A stretch of DNA of 64,000 nucleotides from Glaucostegus cemiculus (lineage: Eukaryota). A program made the position numbers and the translations under genes. The DNA lies in the NCBI GenBank assembly GCA_976551045.1, contig CDPCPM010000197.1:434001-498000 (forward strand), in the 5' to 3' direction. The notes under the pieces are model-generated. The model saw only the letters and a list, made by a program, of their open reading frames with translations, was not told the origin of the DNA and made no database searches. Shown here piece by piece: positions 38,658 to 52,000 of the stretch (positions are counted from its first letter, which is position 1; each line of letters starts with the position of its first letter).

Positions 38658-41600
38658 AAAATAAATTCAAATATAAAGGGAAAGCGATAAAAACTAACTT
38701 TAGAGCAGCTTCAGACTGTATATATATCTTACATTATTACCGGTGCGTTTCAGAGGCAAGTTAAGTATTTGCTTTCTTCTTATTTCTATCGTCCAAATCA
38801 CAACGATTCTGCTCAGAGGAATAAAACTACTTTTGTTTGCAATGTGTCCTATTGTCCATTTAATTCAAATATAAGATAACCTCGCTGTATTTTATACTAG
38901 AAAGATGCAGGACATCATAATATTTTTACAATGCTGTCTTCGAATGTAAATATGCAGTGAGATCGTTAGCATCTCTCACCAAATTTTGTACAATACTTTG
39001 ATAGCAGCCAATACTTATAAAGTATAAATAAATAGCGGAGATTCTGAGGGTAACATCAAATTCTGCTTCAAAGTTAATCTCCAGTTCAGCTTTCTAAAAT
39101 TGCTTTGAAAATAGATCTCATTGGAGCAAATTCCTTGTTACAATCTAATAGCAGCAAGTTGATAGTATGTGCCGAATTTACTGCTGCCCTGGCTGAGAAT
39201 CAGTCGGGTTATGAACAAGGGTTGCTATTTAAAGCGTAACCAGACCTGTTGTAAACGAACTTCTGCCTTTAATGTTCCATCAATTGTAATTTTCACAACC
39301 CCCTTCAGTCCTCGCACTTTGAAAGAAAATTTTAATGCCCTTCGTGGCAAAGATACGTCGAAATTGACACCAAAAGGTAAATGACGATTTTCAGTGGTCA
39401 GAAAAGGACGTTGAAAGAAATGTGTTGCTAATGTATTCAAAACATGCCTAAATACAGAAGTTGAAATTTAAATAAAATGTTTATAGATCGGGTTTGTTTC
39501 AATGAAAACCCAACATTAGGAAAATTGTGCCTCAACATAATCATAATCATATATTTGTTCCATCCAGTTTTTAACCGTAATTCTGGTTTTCTTAGACTTG
39601 TTGGTTTAAATAATTATTAGTAAATGCGTAAAGTAAAACAGACAGTGTTCGGAACGCACAGTTATAACTTACAAGAATACTGCATAACTTTTACGTAGTA
39701 CCAATCTTAATAAAATGTTATGATTAAAACGCATTCAATCTAATTTTACAATAAAGCTATGTGCTTGGGATAGATTTGTTCAACATGGCAAAGGGAATAT
39801 AATGGCGTTAGATAAAGCAAAAATATAAGTCAACAATGATTTCAGTCTGATTCTTTACGCTCTTATATATTGCAAAGCGTGCAGATGCTTCATATCCCTG
39901 CCGCTACATTTTAAAACAGGGAGATGGAGAATTATTAAATATCCCTGTCTCTGATACAGATTGGAGTCTTGGTTTGCATCCAGACACCGTCATTTCCAGA
40001 GGCAACATAAAAGTGGACTTCCCCCGGATAGAGTAACTTTACTGCTTGGTCTCGGATTATGTTTGCTTGCTCTGCTCAAACCGACATGTTTCTAGAACAA
40101 GGAAAATACCCGCAACTGAAAATGAGCGACGACCAGGGGGAAACCTTTCTTTAATTTCTGCCATGTGCTCACTAATCAGTTTATGATTCTTTGAAACAGA
40201 TGTTTGAAACCAGGAAGTGGTGCGTTCCAGGGGAGCTGCTAAAATAATTTCTAAACTCCAATGCAAACTAATTGACACTTGTAATATCTAATAGTTAAAA
40301 ATGGCAAAATAATTATAACTTTTTAAAAAAAGATGTTTACGTGTTCTCACATAAAGTTAGAATGAACAAAACTACGTCTGATTTTTTTAAAAGCTCGGAA
40401 TCTCACAGATGGACACAACATGTATGTGCATTTTTAAAAATAAAAACTGTATGGTGCTTAACACCAGTAAAGTATAAAATGCATTGTTAAAATAATCGCA
40501 ATTAGAATAAATACACATTACGAAATTCATAATTAAAACGCCAAAATGTTTTATTAACACAAGCCATACTTTAAGAGAACGATAGAACATAGTATCAAAT
40601 GTAGAAATCGGAAGAGCAAACTGACATCTGTTTATCAATTAGTGCATCGGTTTGTGGGCTAAGTGTAGTTCTAACATCACCCAGCAGCTTTTAAGTACTG
40701 AACGTAAGTGACAACAGTAATCGTACATTCATGGTTAACTGCAAGGAATAAGTCTCTGTATGGTGCACTTATGTTAAACAGAGCATATTTAAGTACCCCT
40801 ACATTTTACCGCTAAATACTGTACAGTACTTGTCGCTTTTGGGCGCAGACACTTCTTTTACAAAGGCGGCCGATGTTAAAACGAGTTGGGGCTTCAAAAG
40901 ATCTTAAGCTTATTTTTGTTTTGATGAATCGTTCTCTGCCTTGAAAACTTTTTTTTAAAGAAATAAAAACGATTGGCATGTTATTCTGGGAAGTTAATAA
41001 CTTAAAATCGCAGCTTCTTGATAGCACGCTCTTGTGTTGTGTTCTGCTGTTGATTCCATTTCGGGTTTTTTTGGTTAGTTGGCTTTTTCCTTTGAAAGTT
41101 TCTTCCGTTCGCTTTGTGGTTTCAATTAAATATTGGAAGTTCGTGTTTTGATTCTCTTTTCGTGTGGCTCAGAGTTAACCCGCATCCTGAATCACATTCT
41201 TACACAGAGAGCAAACTGCAACACAAGCATAATAGACGACTATCAGGAACTTTTGAGAGCAGAACACACAAGCCACCGATATACTGTATATAATGTGTGC
41301 ATTATAACATCCGGGAAAAATCTGCTTTGCCAAATAACTGGGAGATGGAGCTATTAATGGTCATAAAACACGCCGAATGCATCTTTAATAACACAATCTG
41401 AATGAAAGCGGGCCAGTTAAAAAAAAGACCTCCGATTGTAAAACGGGAAAGCAATAAAAATGAGTTAATAAGTGATTAGTGAATTATTATCTGAATTCGC
41501 GAATACTGGATGGGTTTTATTTTGCTTGTTTGTTTAGTCTGTGAGGATAGATTGTTTCGTTGTTTACACAGGCGTGAAAACTAATGTTAATTAGATGCCG

Positions 41601-41937
41601 AACTTTGCGCATTCTTCTGCATTTTAATTCTTTCGGCAAAGAGTAAATCTAAAGATGCCGTGTTTCTGTTGATTTTCCCCCCTCTGTCTCTGTTTGGGAC
41701 TTTTCTCGTCACATGTGCCGCTTTCTGCTAGCGTCTCTGATTCATGGATAAGTCCCTCATGGGTGCTATTTTCCTATCAAACAGTATTGCCATTGGTCAG
41801 TCGATGATCAGATGGTTATATTTCCTGCTGTCCTTTCTGGCACTTGGCCATCCCGAATCAAACCCATCTCGCTAACTGCTAATAGCACAGGCACTTGGAC
41901 CAATACACAACAAATCATAACACAGCACAGCCAACAA

Positions 41938-42370
41938 ATGAGTTCGTATTTTGTGAACTCCACTTTCCCGGTGACTCTTGCCAGTGGTCAGGAGTCCTTC
42001 CTCGGGCAGATTCCGCTATATTCTTCCAGTTACGACCCTTTAAGACACTATCCGGCCACATATGGGGCTACAGGCATGCAAGATAAAAGCTACCCATCAC
42101 CCTCTTACTATCAACAAGCCAACGGGGCTTATGGGTGCAACCGGACACCCTGCGATTATGGTGTCCCCAGTTTTTATCGGGAAAAGGACCCTTCCTGCGG
42201 CGCATCAGCCACCAGCTCCAAATACCACTCACTGGAAGATCCAACGCATTTTAACTCCGAACAACGCAAATCCGAGTGCGCCCAAAACAGAATTTTATAT
42301 GGAGAAGTGGACGACCAGAAGAGTTCTCTCCCCGTATATCCCTGGATGCAAAGAATGAACTCCAGTGGTG
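41938..42370 (+). CDS. hoxb6: HoxB6 coding exon 1 (spliced protein 230 aa)
   Basis: [30 protein letters not shown] to PVYPWMQRMNS, a B6-type N-terminus; donor GGTG|GTAAGT at 42371. Confidence 0.96.
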
Positions 42371-42933
42371 GTAAGTTTGCATTTTAATACTTTTATGTTT
42401 TACATATTTATTCAAAATAACTTTTCAGCGTATGCTTACATTGAATAAAACTAGGAAAAACAGAAGTGAGCACTTGGTTCATTAAAGCCCTTTCTTTCAA
42501 GAGAGTATTTAACATTAAATTATTCCAAGACACTTTAATGTATTTTACTGTGTCGGTTTCACATTAACTTATGAATTGCTGCTTCTCTGAAGATTCTGAA
42601 TAATTCATTAAAATTCAACGTCTGGTTCATAAGATTAATATCTTTATGTGCATAAACATATTACTATATTAATATAAACATATGCAACATCAACCTCCAG
42701 AAAAGATAACGCACGATCAGTTGTTTGCCCCCCATTAAAGAATATAATGCCCATTTGCCAGGGCCATTGGTTAGAAGGTCTTAATATAACAGAATGAAGG
42801 TATGCTATGAATAGAAATCGTTATTTGATGTTTCAGAATCGAAAGTGCTCATCCAGCAATCTACTTTAAAACTTACAAAGCATATAAACCATAGCCTACA
42901 ACGTCCAATATAATCAGTGGGATTAATTTGTAA

Positions 42934-43296
<363 letters not shown>

Positions 43297-45427
43297 AAAC
43301 CACACACAAAAAAAAAATAGATCGGAAGGGGAACGCTATGCAGTTCTTTATTTAAAAAGAATGAATAATGAATATTAAAAGTTTACATTTGTTTGCTGTT
43401 GCGCACCAGTGGAAATGTACATTTCTGTATTTGTCGTAAGATTTATTATGAAGTTATGCATTCCTTTAGTCTATCCAGGCAGCCATTGTTTCACATTGGT
43501 GTCAATAGTTTGAAAGAAACACTAGGTGTGTTCCATAAATTCTATATCTCAAGTGAGCTGCTGCAATATTGTGATTTTTGTTGACGTTGGTCTCAGCTCT
43601 CTAGTTAATTTAGTTGTATGTTTTTGTGCACTGTGAACACCACTATTTTTGATTTATTTTATGTGTGTGTGCGTGCATGTGTGGAATTGTGTGTGCGTGC
43701 GTGTGCAAATTACACAATGAAGTCTAAATATTGTATTTTGGATTGTTTTCGTAACCAAGCGAGGGAAATAAAAGCAAAGTCTTAAGAATCGAGTAAAAGG
43801 TTATTTTTTTATTTGCGTTTCTTTGTTAAATGAACGTTATTGTGTTTGTAGCCTGTGTCATAATTTTTTGGAAACTGAAGGTTTCCTGTCTGGAATTATA
43901 ATAAAAGTTTTTTTTCTTAAAAAGAGATAGTTTTGTGTATTGTTCAATTCAGTGATCATATCACGCAAAAATGCCACTGATATTCTGATGAAAGTGCATT
44001 TTCAAAATAGCTACTCATGGCTTATCTGAATCTCGGTTACAATCTATCACAAAACAAAAAGTTGACAGCCTCCTCATTGTATTTCTCGTAATTGATTTAT
44101 CTCTATGATTTCCCATCAAACTTATTTAAATTTCATTCCAGTAATCAGTTTACTGCTGCTTTAAAAAATCCGGACTAGATAATATAAACATTGGCCGTTG
44201 ATAAGTACCCAAATCTTTAGGATTCGTAATCAGTTGGTTTATCAGAGAAAAGGCGAAGGACATTGCGGGATTTAACCATTACTTCCCTGGTTTCAGTTGT
44301 TTTATTCTTTGTTGCTTAATCATGTGAAGGCTTTTCGGTAGCTGTCCTGTTAACTGTATGTTCCAATTATGGCACAGTGTTTTAAGACGTATTTTAAAGT
44401 ATTTTGAGCACACTCGACCTCTCGTTATAACTATGAATGCCCGCAAAACTAACACGGACTCAGTCTAGTGAATGTTTAAATCCTTCCATATCAAGCAAAT
44501 ACCAAATTGCCATAAAATGCCGATTTTTTTTCCTAACTAACCCTAGGAAGTGAACTCCCTAGGAGGTAAGTTGCATTGGACAGATCCGATAAAAGATCGT
44601 GCAAGGATACCGAGCTAATACGTTTACCAAAACAAGATCAAGGATTTGCGTCTCCAGAATAATAATTAATATTATTCATCCTGCGGTTAAGTCAAATAAT
44701 TGCATGGTAGTTTCAAGAAAGGACATTAACTCGGAATGGTAGAGGAGTTACAAACTAATTCAGACGTGCATTTTCTTAGGATAATTACCTCAAAATAGAG
44801 TGCTAGAAATAAATGTGCTCCGCACGCAGTGCAAAGAACATAAGGGAGTGCACACATGGGACAAACTGTAACTTTTAGCCCGTGTCTTGCCTTAAAAGGA
44901 TCTGTGCAAATTTAGGTTTAAAAGTTTTTTAAAGAAACAATCGGATACTTTATGCGCCCATATTACTAAGGTTCGAAACGAAGTTCAATCCCGCAAACGT
45001 ATTGAAACTGTAGCATGTAGCAAATAGTAAGGCTCACATCGATAGTAAGGAACGTAAGTCAATGAGCGCGTACATTTAACTGACTAGTCAAGGATGGCAA
45101 GTTAATTGTTTTTAAATGTATCTGGTCAAAAACGAAATAAATTGCACCACTCCAAGTACAGCTATAAAACGTGATTTCCAATTCAATTGAAAGATAATTG
45201 AATTGCCGTTTTACGCTTAGCATTTTTGATTATATTTTTTTCGCGTTTTTGAACAAATACACGGTCAAAGATTGAGCAAAACAGGTAACAAAACGCAGCG
45301 CGATACTCGAACTTATGGTTTTCTAGGAAGGGAAATTTAAAAGGCATTTTTTTTGTCGTTTGGTTATTAATGTTATGCCAATGTTAATAGATAAGCAATG
45401 ACCTTAAATCGTGTATTTTGACGGAGC

Positions 45428-45442
45428 CCGGTAGGTGGCGCA
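45428..45442 (+). promoter_or_regulatory. CTCF motif (6|5)
   Basis: CCGGTAGGTGGCGCA fits the core consensus CCRSYAGRKGGCRS at all 14 positions, about 290 bp 5' of the HoxB5 ATG. Confidence 0.7.
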
Positions 45443-45489
45443 CTCTGCAAACCTGGCCACCATTTGGAGTCTTGCATTCACATGGCGTA

Positions 45490-45728
45490 ACGATTCACGG
45501 ATCGTCATTATTTGTAACCATAGAGCATGAATTACCCCTTGAGGTCATCAGTGAGAATTTACGACTGGTCAACAAAAGCACGTGATTCCGACTCGCACCC
45601 CCCATATTTGGCCGCATACATAGAAGCGAACGAAGTACAGTCATTTCTATAATTCATTAATATATCATAAATCGTGCAGGACTGGGTTATAACGACTAAC
45701 AACCACAAATCAACCCAAAAAAACCCAA
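45490..45728 (+). promoter_or_regulatory. HoxB5 promoter/5' UTR conserved block
   Basis: TTTGTAACCATAGAGCATGAATTACC and AATTTACGACTGGTCAACAAAAGCACGTGATTCC are typical PG5 upstream sequence. Confidence 0.7.
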
Positions 45729-46263
45729 ATGAGCTCTTACTTTGTAAACTCATTCTCCGGTCGCTATCAAAATGGCCCGGATTATCAGTTACTTAATTAT
45801 GGGTCGAGCAGCTCCGAGAACGGACCATACAGGGATTCAGGCACCATGCATTCAGGCACTTACGGCTACAACTACAATGGTATGGACCTTAGCATCACCC
45901 GTTCAGCTTCATCTAACCACTTTGGAGTGGTTAATGCAGAAAACTCCAGAAGCTATCCTCCAGCTACAGAAACCAGGTTCAGACAAGCAGCGAGCTGCAC
46001 CCTCTCATCTCCAGAACCCCTTTCTTGTTCCGGCAAGGACAGTCACGGAACCAAGGGTTCCCCATCCGACCCGACTACCTCCTCTAGTTCAGCAAGTAAT
46101 TTTACAGAAATGGACGAGGCCGGAGCATCCTCGGATGCCGAAGAGGGCACTCAAGCCAACAACAACAGCCATCCCAGGGCACAGCAAGAACCAACACAGG
46201 CAACAACACCAGAACAGCAGCCACAAATATTTCCTTGGATGAGAAAACTGCACATTGCCCATG
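45729..46263 (+). CDS. hoxb5: HoxB5 coding exon 1 (spliced protein 261 aa)
   Basis: [25 protein letters not shown] to PQIFPWMRKLHIAH; donor CATG|GTAC at 46264. Confidence 0.96.
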
Positions 46264-46680
46264 GTACACTTTCATTTTCTGTCTAATACTCTAAATATTG
46301 CTCTGCAGTCAGGTAATTCATAGCGACCTATTATACAACCTGGATGCCACTAAATCTGAACAATTGTTTTTTTTATTGCTCTGCAGAAACTTATCTAAAC
46401 ATCTTCCGCAAATTGAATTTAAATCTGTAAATCACAGTTTTGTAACGTGCATGTAATCTAACGCGCAAGCCAACCCTTAAAATTCAGTAAATATTAAAAT
46501 AGTATTTAATGCGGGTAAACTGTAAATATTATATGATATATAGAAACTGGTGTACAGAAAGCAATGACTGCACAACCATGATAATAACAAAGAGCAATGT
46601 GTTGTTACCCTGGATAATCAGCGTTATTGGAATCCATTTGTCGTAGATCTATTTGCATTTTCGGACTTTTTTAAAGATAA

Positions 46681-46681
46681 G

Positions 46682-46753
<72 letters not shown>

Positions 46754-46824
46754 CGCGCGTGTATGTGTGTGTTTGTGTGTGGATGGGAGAGAGAGAGAGA
46801 AAGACAAACGGACAGACTGTGTTT

Positions 46825-46887
<63 letters not shown>
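46681..46887. repeat. Two (TG)n tracts and a short (GA)n in the HoxB5 intron
   Basis: Visible runs. Confidence 0.95.
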
Positions 46888-46888
<1 letters not shown>

Positions 46889-47138
46889 CAGATAATTAGA
46901 ACCACAGCCGTCAGGACACAGGTTACATAGTCAGACAATGAAAAGGAAAATGATAATTAATAGCAATTCGGATTGGAGACAATATACTTTAATTTTGACA
47001 TACCATGTCCGGAGAGGCCCCGGGGAAGGGAATACTGCAACTTTCAAGGTCTAGTATTCTGCTCTTTTAAAAATGAATCTTTTCGTGGATAGATAATTCA
47101 GCATGGATAAAAAAAAAACTGCCTGTATTTATTAACAG

Positions 47139-47389
47139 ATGGTATGGGTGGACCCGACGGGAAAAGAGCCAGGACTGCTTATACTCGTTTTCAGACACTG
47201 GAGTTGGAAAAGGAGTTCCACTTCAACAGATATCTAACCCGACGGCGGAGGATAGAGATTGCTCACGCTCTGTGCCTCTCTGAACGGCAGATAAAGATTT
47301 GGTTCCAGAATCGGCGGATGAAATGGAAAAAGGACAACAAGCTGAAAAGTATGAGCATGACGGCCGGAGCAAGCGCTTTCCAACCCTAA
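47139..47389 (+). CDS. hoxb5: HoxB5 coding exon 2 (homeobox)
   Basis: Acceptor ttaacAG at 47137-47138; [19 protein letters not shown] to [21 protein letters not shown], a B5-type C-terminus. Confidence 0.96.
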
Positions 47390-48894
47390 CAAATAGCGTG
47401 CAAAACATGAAAGACACCGTGCACCAGTACTGTACAGCCAGGCACCTTCCCTCCCACGTGTTGTTAAATATTAAAAATTACTTAAACTTTTCTGTGCTCC
47501 TGCTAACAATTTGTTTTCTTTTATTCTGTTGTGTTGTCCTTTCGCTGTTAAGTGCTTGTTGCTGTCTTACATTTGTCTGTGTCGGTGAACTGTTGGTGCT
47601 CTGTTGAAAAAGTAGCATGGTTTTTTTGTGGATTGTAAATGGTATAACTTATTTATAATTGACACGTTGTACAATTTGATCTTCCTTCCCTCTCCCACGT
47701 TGATAAAATGCTAAAATCTTTGCTCTTGCACTGTCACCTTTCAAACATATATCCACCTTCTTGTAAGTTTCTGTCCTTAATGCTGTCCGTGATTTTAAAC
47801 AACGTCCGTATGTGAAAAATCCATGTAGAAAGCTAATCATTGTCAATACATGTGGATAGATTCTAAAATCAGCGACGATTGTACACGATTATTTAGTGAG
47901 TTATAATGGTTGTAAATAATACAAAAATGTTTATAATGTTGCCTATAGCTAGTCTGTAATGGGCGGAGTGATAAGTGGCATATTTTCTGTGGAAATCAGA
48001 CACCTATCCGACAGTATGTTGCCAATAAGCTTTTTGTATTTGTTTGTAGCTTAATTCAAAATAAAGTAAAAGTTTCTCAGAACCATCCCTGATCTCTGTA
48101 GCGTAATATCTTTACAATATGCAAGCTGGCGTCTTATTGCTCGCTGTAAAACACCCTACTGAACCTGAGAACTACCTATTGTTTGATCTAGTATAGTATA
48201 TTTGATTAAGATGTGTTACTTTTCAATATTGCCATGTGTTTTGCGATATCTTATCTACTTGCAGTGTGCAATGTAAAGGCACATTAACAGAGCACTTAAT
48301 TACTTTTCGTTAATTAGCATCTGTCGATTGCTTCTCATTTTATATTTTATAAGATAGTTCTCTAAAATATTCTCAGGACATAACACTACCTGACCGCATT
48401 AATCTTCCATCTTTAGTCCCGAGCGTTTTCTAACGGCTATGATTTTGCATGCGCGACTCCTCCTTGCTGTGTTATACTTTAAATGCGGTATTTGTGTGAC
48501 TTATTGCATTTTGGAATTTTCCTGGTTCTTACTGCACACGCCATCCTCTGTTTAAATCCTAAATCAGGAGGTTTTTTTTAGTATTCGTTGTTGTGTATAT
48601 TTTAAAAAAAGAGTCTCCCAGACTTGATTTCTAGGCCATCCCCCCAGAGAGTTATACAGTTACGAGATGCATTGAAGTTTGTCAATGCAACATACTACGC
48701 GCTTTTGTTAATTTGGGTGCAACAGGTAAACCTTAGTTAGGTTAAACTCAACTTACCAAAAGAACGTCCAAGTGCTTATCGGTAGTAGATAAGTCACACA
48801 GCAAATATTGGGTCTATCTTGCAATGTACATGCTTCCCTTGTGAATATAACAAACTGCATATGCAAGAAGTCGGTATGACATTGGGATGTCAAA

Positions 48895-49045
48895 TGAATT
48901 GGGTATTTATCTCAAAGTTAGATCGTAAAAATCGCCCATACCGCAGGCAGATACCCCTACTGGCTCTCAAAAGTCACGTGGGGTCGTTAAAGTTAGTTTT
49001 ATGGTTCTGGGGAGTTGACAAGGTACAATATATTTCACATTCTGT
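48895..49045 (+). promoter_or_regulatory. Conserved PG5-PG4 element, probable distal promoter/enhancer
   Basis: GATCGTAAAAATCGCC and ACTGGCTCTCAAAAGTCACGTGGGGTCGTTAAAGTTAGTTTTATGGTTCTGGGGAGTTGACA; contains an E-box, a Cdx/Hox site and a Meis-like TGACA; recalled as conserved across Hox clusters. Confidence 0.7.
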
Positions 49046-52000
49046 ATAATGTTAGTGACGCTGAACTTTATCTGGCTGGGTTTGCAGCCTGTAAGCGTAT
49101 AATGTGACTTGTCTTCCAGAGGAATCGAGCAGGTCTCCTTTACCAGGCCTGCAAGGTTTAAAATCTTTACTGACTACAGTCAAAATTACATGGAACTGTA
49201 CAGCTTAAAGTAAGTTATGTCGAAGTATAAACACAATGCGCATTGCTTTTGCGAGCAGGGCCAAGTGAAGCTTCGAAAATGGAAAGTAAAATTAAAGTGT
49301 GATTAATTAATAGTAGTGCGGAAATACAAACTTTAAAATATATATTTGTTTTTTCCTTTTACTTAATGACGGGCCCAAACTGTAAAGTAACTGTAAAGAT
49401 ATGGCGGACTGGGTGTGTGGGCCTCGTTCCTAGCGACTGATTATTTTACTCTAGTAGATTTAATGCTCCTAATGTTTTACCACTGAGGCGTTGAATTGAA
49501 AAAGGTATCAGTACGTGTGTGTTGGCGGGGGTGGGGGGGGGTGGGTGCTGTGGGGGTGTAGTGTGAAACAAACAGATTCTCCGTTGTATACAAGTATCTT
49601 CGGTGCTGTACTTTCTGATAACCCCTCGTCATCTGTTCTGCAAACTCATTGCCTGGTTGAAAATTCGTTTGTTTTGCAACATTGTACTTTGCTTGTCTAA
49701 GAATTTGATTTACTAATCTGTCGGTCGGAGTAAAAAATAAAATGTCGTGTCCTTTAAGTATGAATTTGACGCGTTTTATCTGCGGGAAGCTGGGACTTGG
49801 GCGTTGGTGGGAGGGCGAGGCGGTGTGGTGGTGGGGGGGTGAAGTTGGTGCTTGTGGAAGATGCTCAGATATATTCACAATTATAGTTGCTACTTCATTT
49901 CACTATTTATACAACTTAATAATCCCAATACCAAAAATGGCTCACCCCCAATGTAGTATTTTCGTTTTGGCCTTAATTTAGTTTTTAATTCATTTCTAGG
50001 ATTTTTTCTGTCATGACACGAGCAATTCAACTCTGCTCCCGCGTGGATTAATTTAATCTTATGTAGTTTGTTTACAGATATAGTTTAAAAAAGGAAATCG
50101 GCCTTCTGGGGGAAGGCCCTGAGTAGTCAAGGATATCTTTTTTTTTATTCTTACAACACTTCCTTGGCTTATTGGCATTGCAATTGTTAACTGTCTCACT
50201 AGCTAAGAAATGTTAAAATGATCTCAGCGTTTAAAAGAAAACATATGCTAAACATATGTTTGTACCCATGCCATAAGCTTTTTAAAAGAGATAATATGAA
50301 AAAAGGGCGTCGTTTCAAAGCGTCAATGTTACAAAGAAATCTGAAAATTACCATTAATATTAATTTGGTGATAAACTACACTCTCTTCCACACCCACCAG
50401 TAGCCCTCCCTCCCCTCCCTTTCGGCTCTGAGTCGTGTTCGACATTACGGACCTAGTTTTCTGTGTTTTGAGTTGGACTAAAGTTTTGGTCATGGAGAAG
50501 AGGGATTATTTTGTGAACTGGTAACACACTCAAGGTGAGCGGGGAAGAGCAGAAATGTTGGTCTACTCTGAAAAGTCTTAGATAGGTATCTAATGGCAAC
50601 AGATGTTTAATTCACCTCTATCTGTAAAATAAATATGATAGATTTGGAGCATAGTTTGAAAATATTAAGTGCGCCATATTTTTGTATCAGTTCAGGATTC
50701 AAATACAAAACTCAATCACTGTTTAACATTATAGCCTTTAACTCTTAGTCCTGTCAGTTTTGAATTATAGACTTTTGGCCTCTATAAATGTCATCATTTT
50801 GAAATGTGACTCTTAAGTACGACTAATTGAAAGTTGCATAGACTTTTATACGAAAATTTTTCCTTTGGGGTTTCAAGTTTAAGTGAGAGACAGGGGAATA
50901 GGTGCTATATCAACTTGTTTGATTAAAGAGGTTTTTAGCACAAACGGATGTCTTTTGATCCCACAGTCAATAATTACCCCCAAACAAGTACAAAGACTAA
51001 CTTTCTATAGTATAGTTAGCATTTTTATTTATATACAGCTCTTATTTTATGTTACAGTACTTGGATACTGTCAGCATGTGCTTTTATCGAGTAACATTGG
51101 ACGCATTCACCCTTACTGTACATTTCCTGTCACGCTAATCTGACGAATGCCTGAATATTTTGAGGTTCATTGTAAAGATTATTTGTGCAGTCAAAAGCCA
51201 GTCTAAAGAGAAACGTAGATACACGAGAGAAAAATTATACTTTGACATTTCTCATCAGAAAATGTCAAGTTTCTCACCCTGATAATTAGTGGTGTGCACA
51301 GTCCTCGAATCCGGCTGTCAAGTTTTGAATTCTCGCCGTTTCCGGTGCGTAGTTTGAAGGGAGTGGGAGCGGTCAGAGTCTATTTTGGGAGTCAAAAGTT
51401 TTCTTTCTTTCAGAATTTCGAAATATTCCCGACGTCTTTTTATTGCTTTTCCGCGCTGATAGTCAGCGAAATCCAAAATGTAAACAGGAAAACACATCGT
51501 TGCCGGAGGAAATACATTGTATTCTTGCGTTTCTTTTCTCATGTTATTCACAGTGTGTTGTCCATCAATGTACTGCAATAAAATGGGAAAGGACAACCGA
51601 TTAGTGCAATTCGTTTTATAATTACTATAAACACGCTTTGCATTTGTTTTTAGGCGAAAACGATTCAAGACCTCGAGATTGGGGTAAACATTTGTACTTT
51701 TTATTGTTTTCCTCAGAGGCAAAATAATCTGTCAATCTCAGAGCCCGCCACCAATCAGCAATTCTTTTCAGGCTTGATGGTGTCTATACTTGGTCCTTCA
51801 CTTAGCTTTTTCTTCAATCTGAGTTAAAGGCACGATGCTCAGGAAATACATTAGTGTAATAGTTTATGATTAGTGTGTGAAAGAAGCTGATAGAGCATAA
51901 ATAATTATAATCAGACAAGAATCTACCCACTCTTTAATAGAACATGGTTCATGAGTAAAATACTCCAGAGCTGAACTGGAAAGCCCTAGCGAAGAGTGTG

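Noticed and set aside
51239-51270. Short hairpins (TTGACATTT...AAATGTCAA; also near 25749, 39888 and 50100)
   Set aside because: Stems of 7-13 bp are expected by chance in 64 kb.
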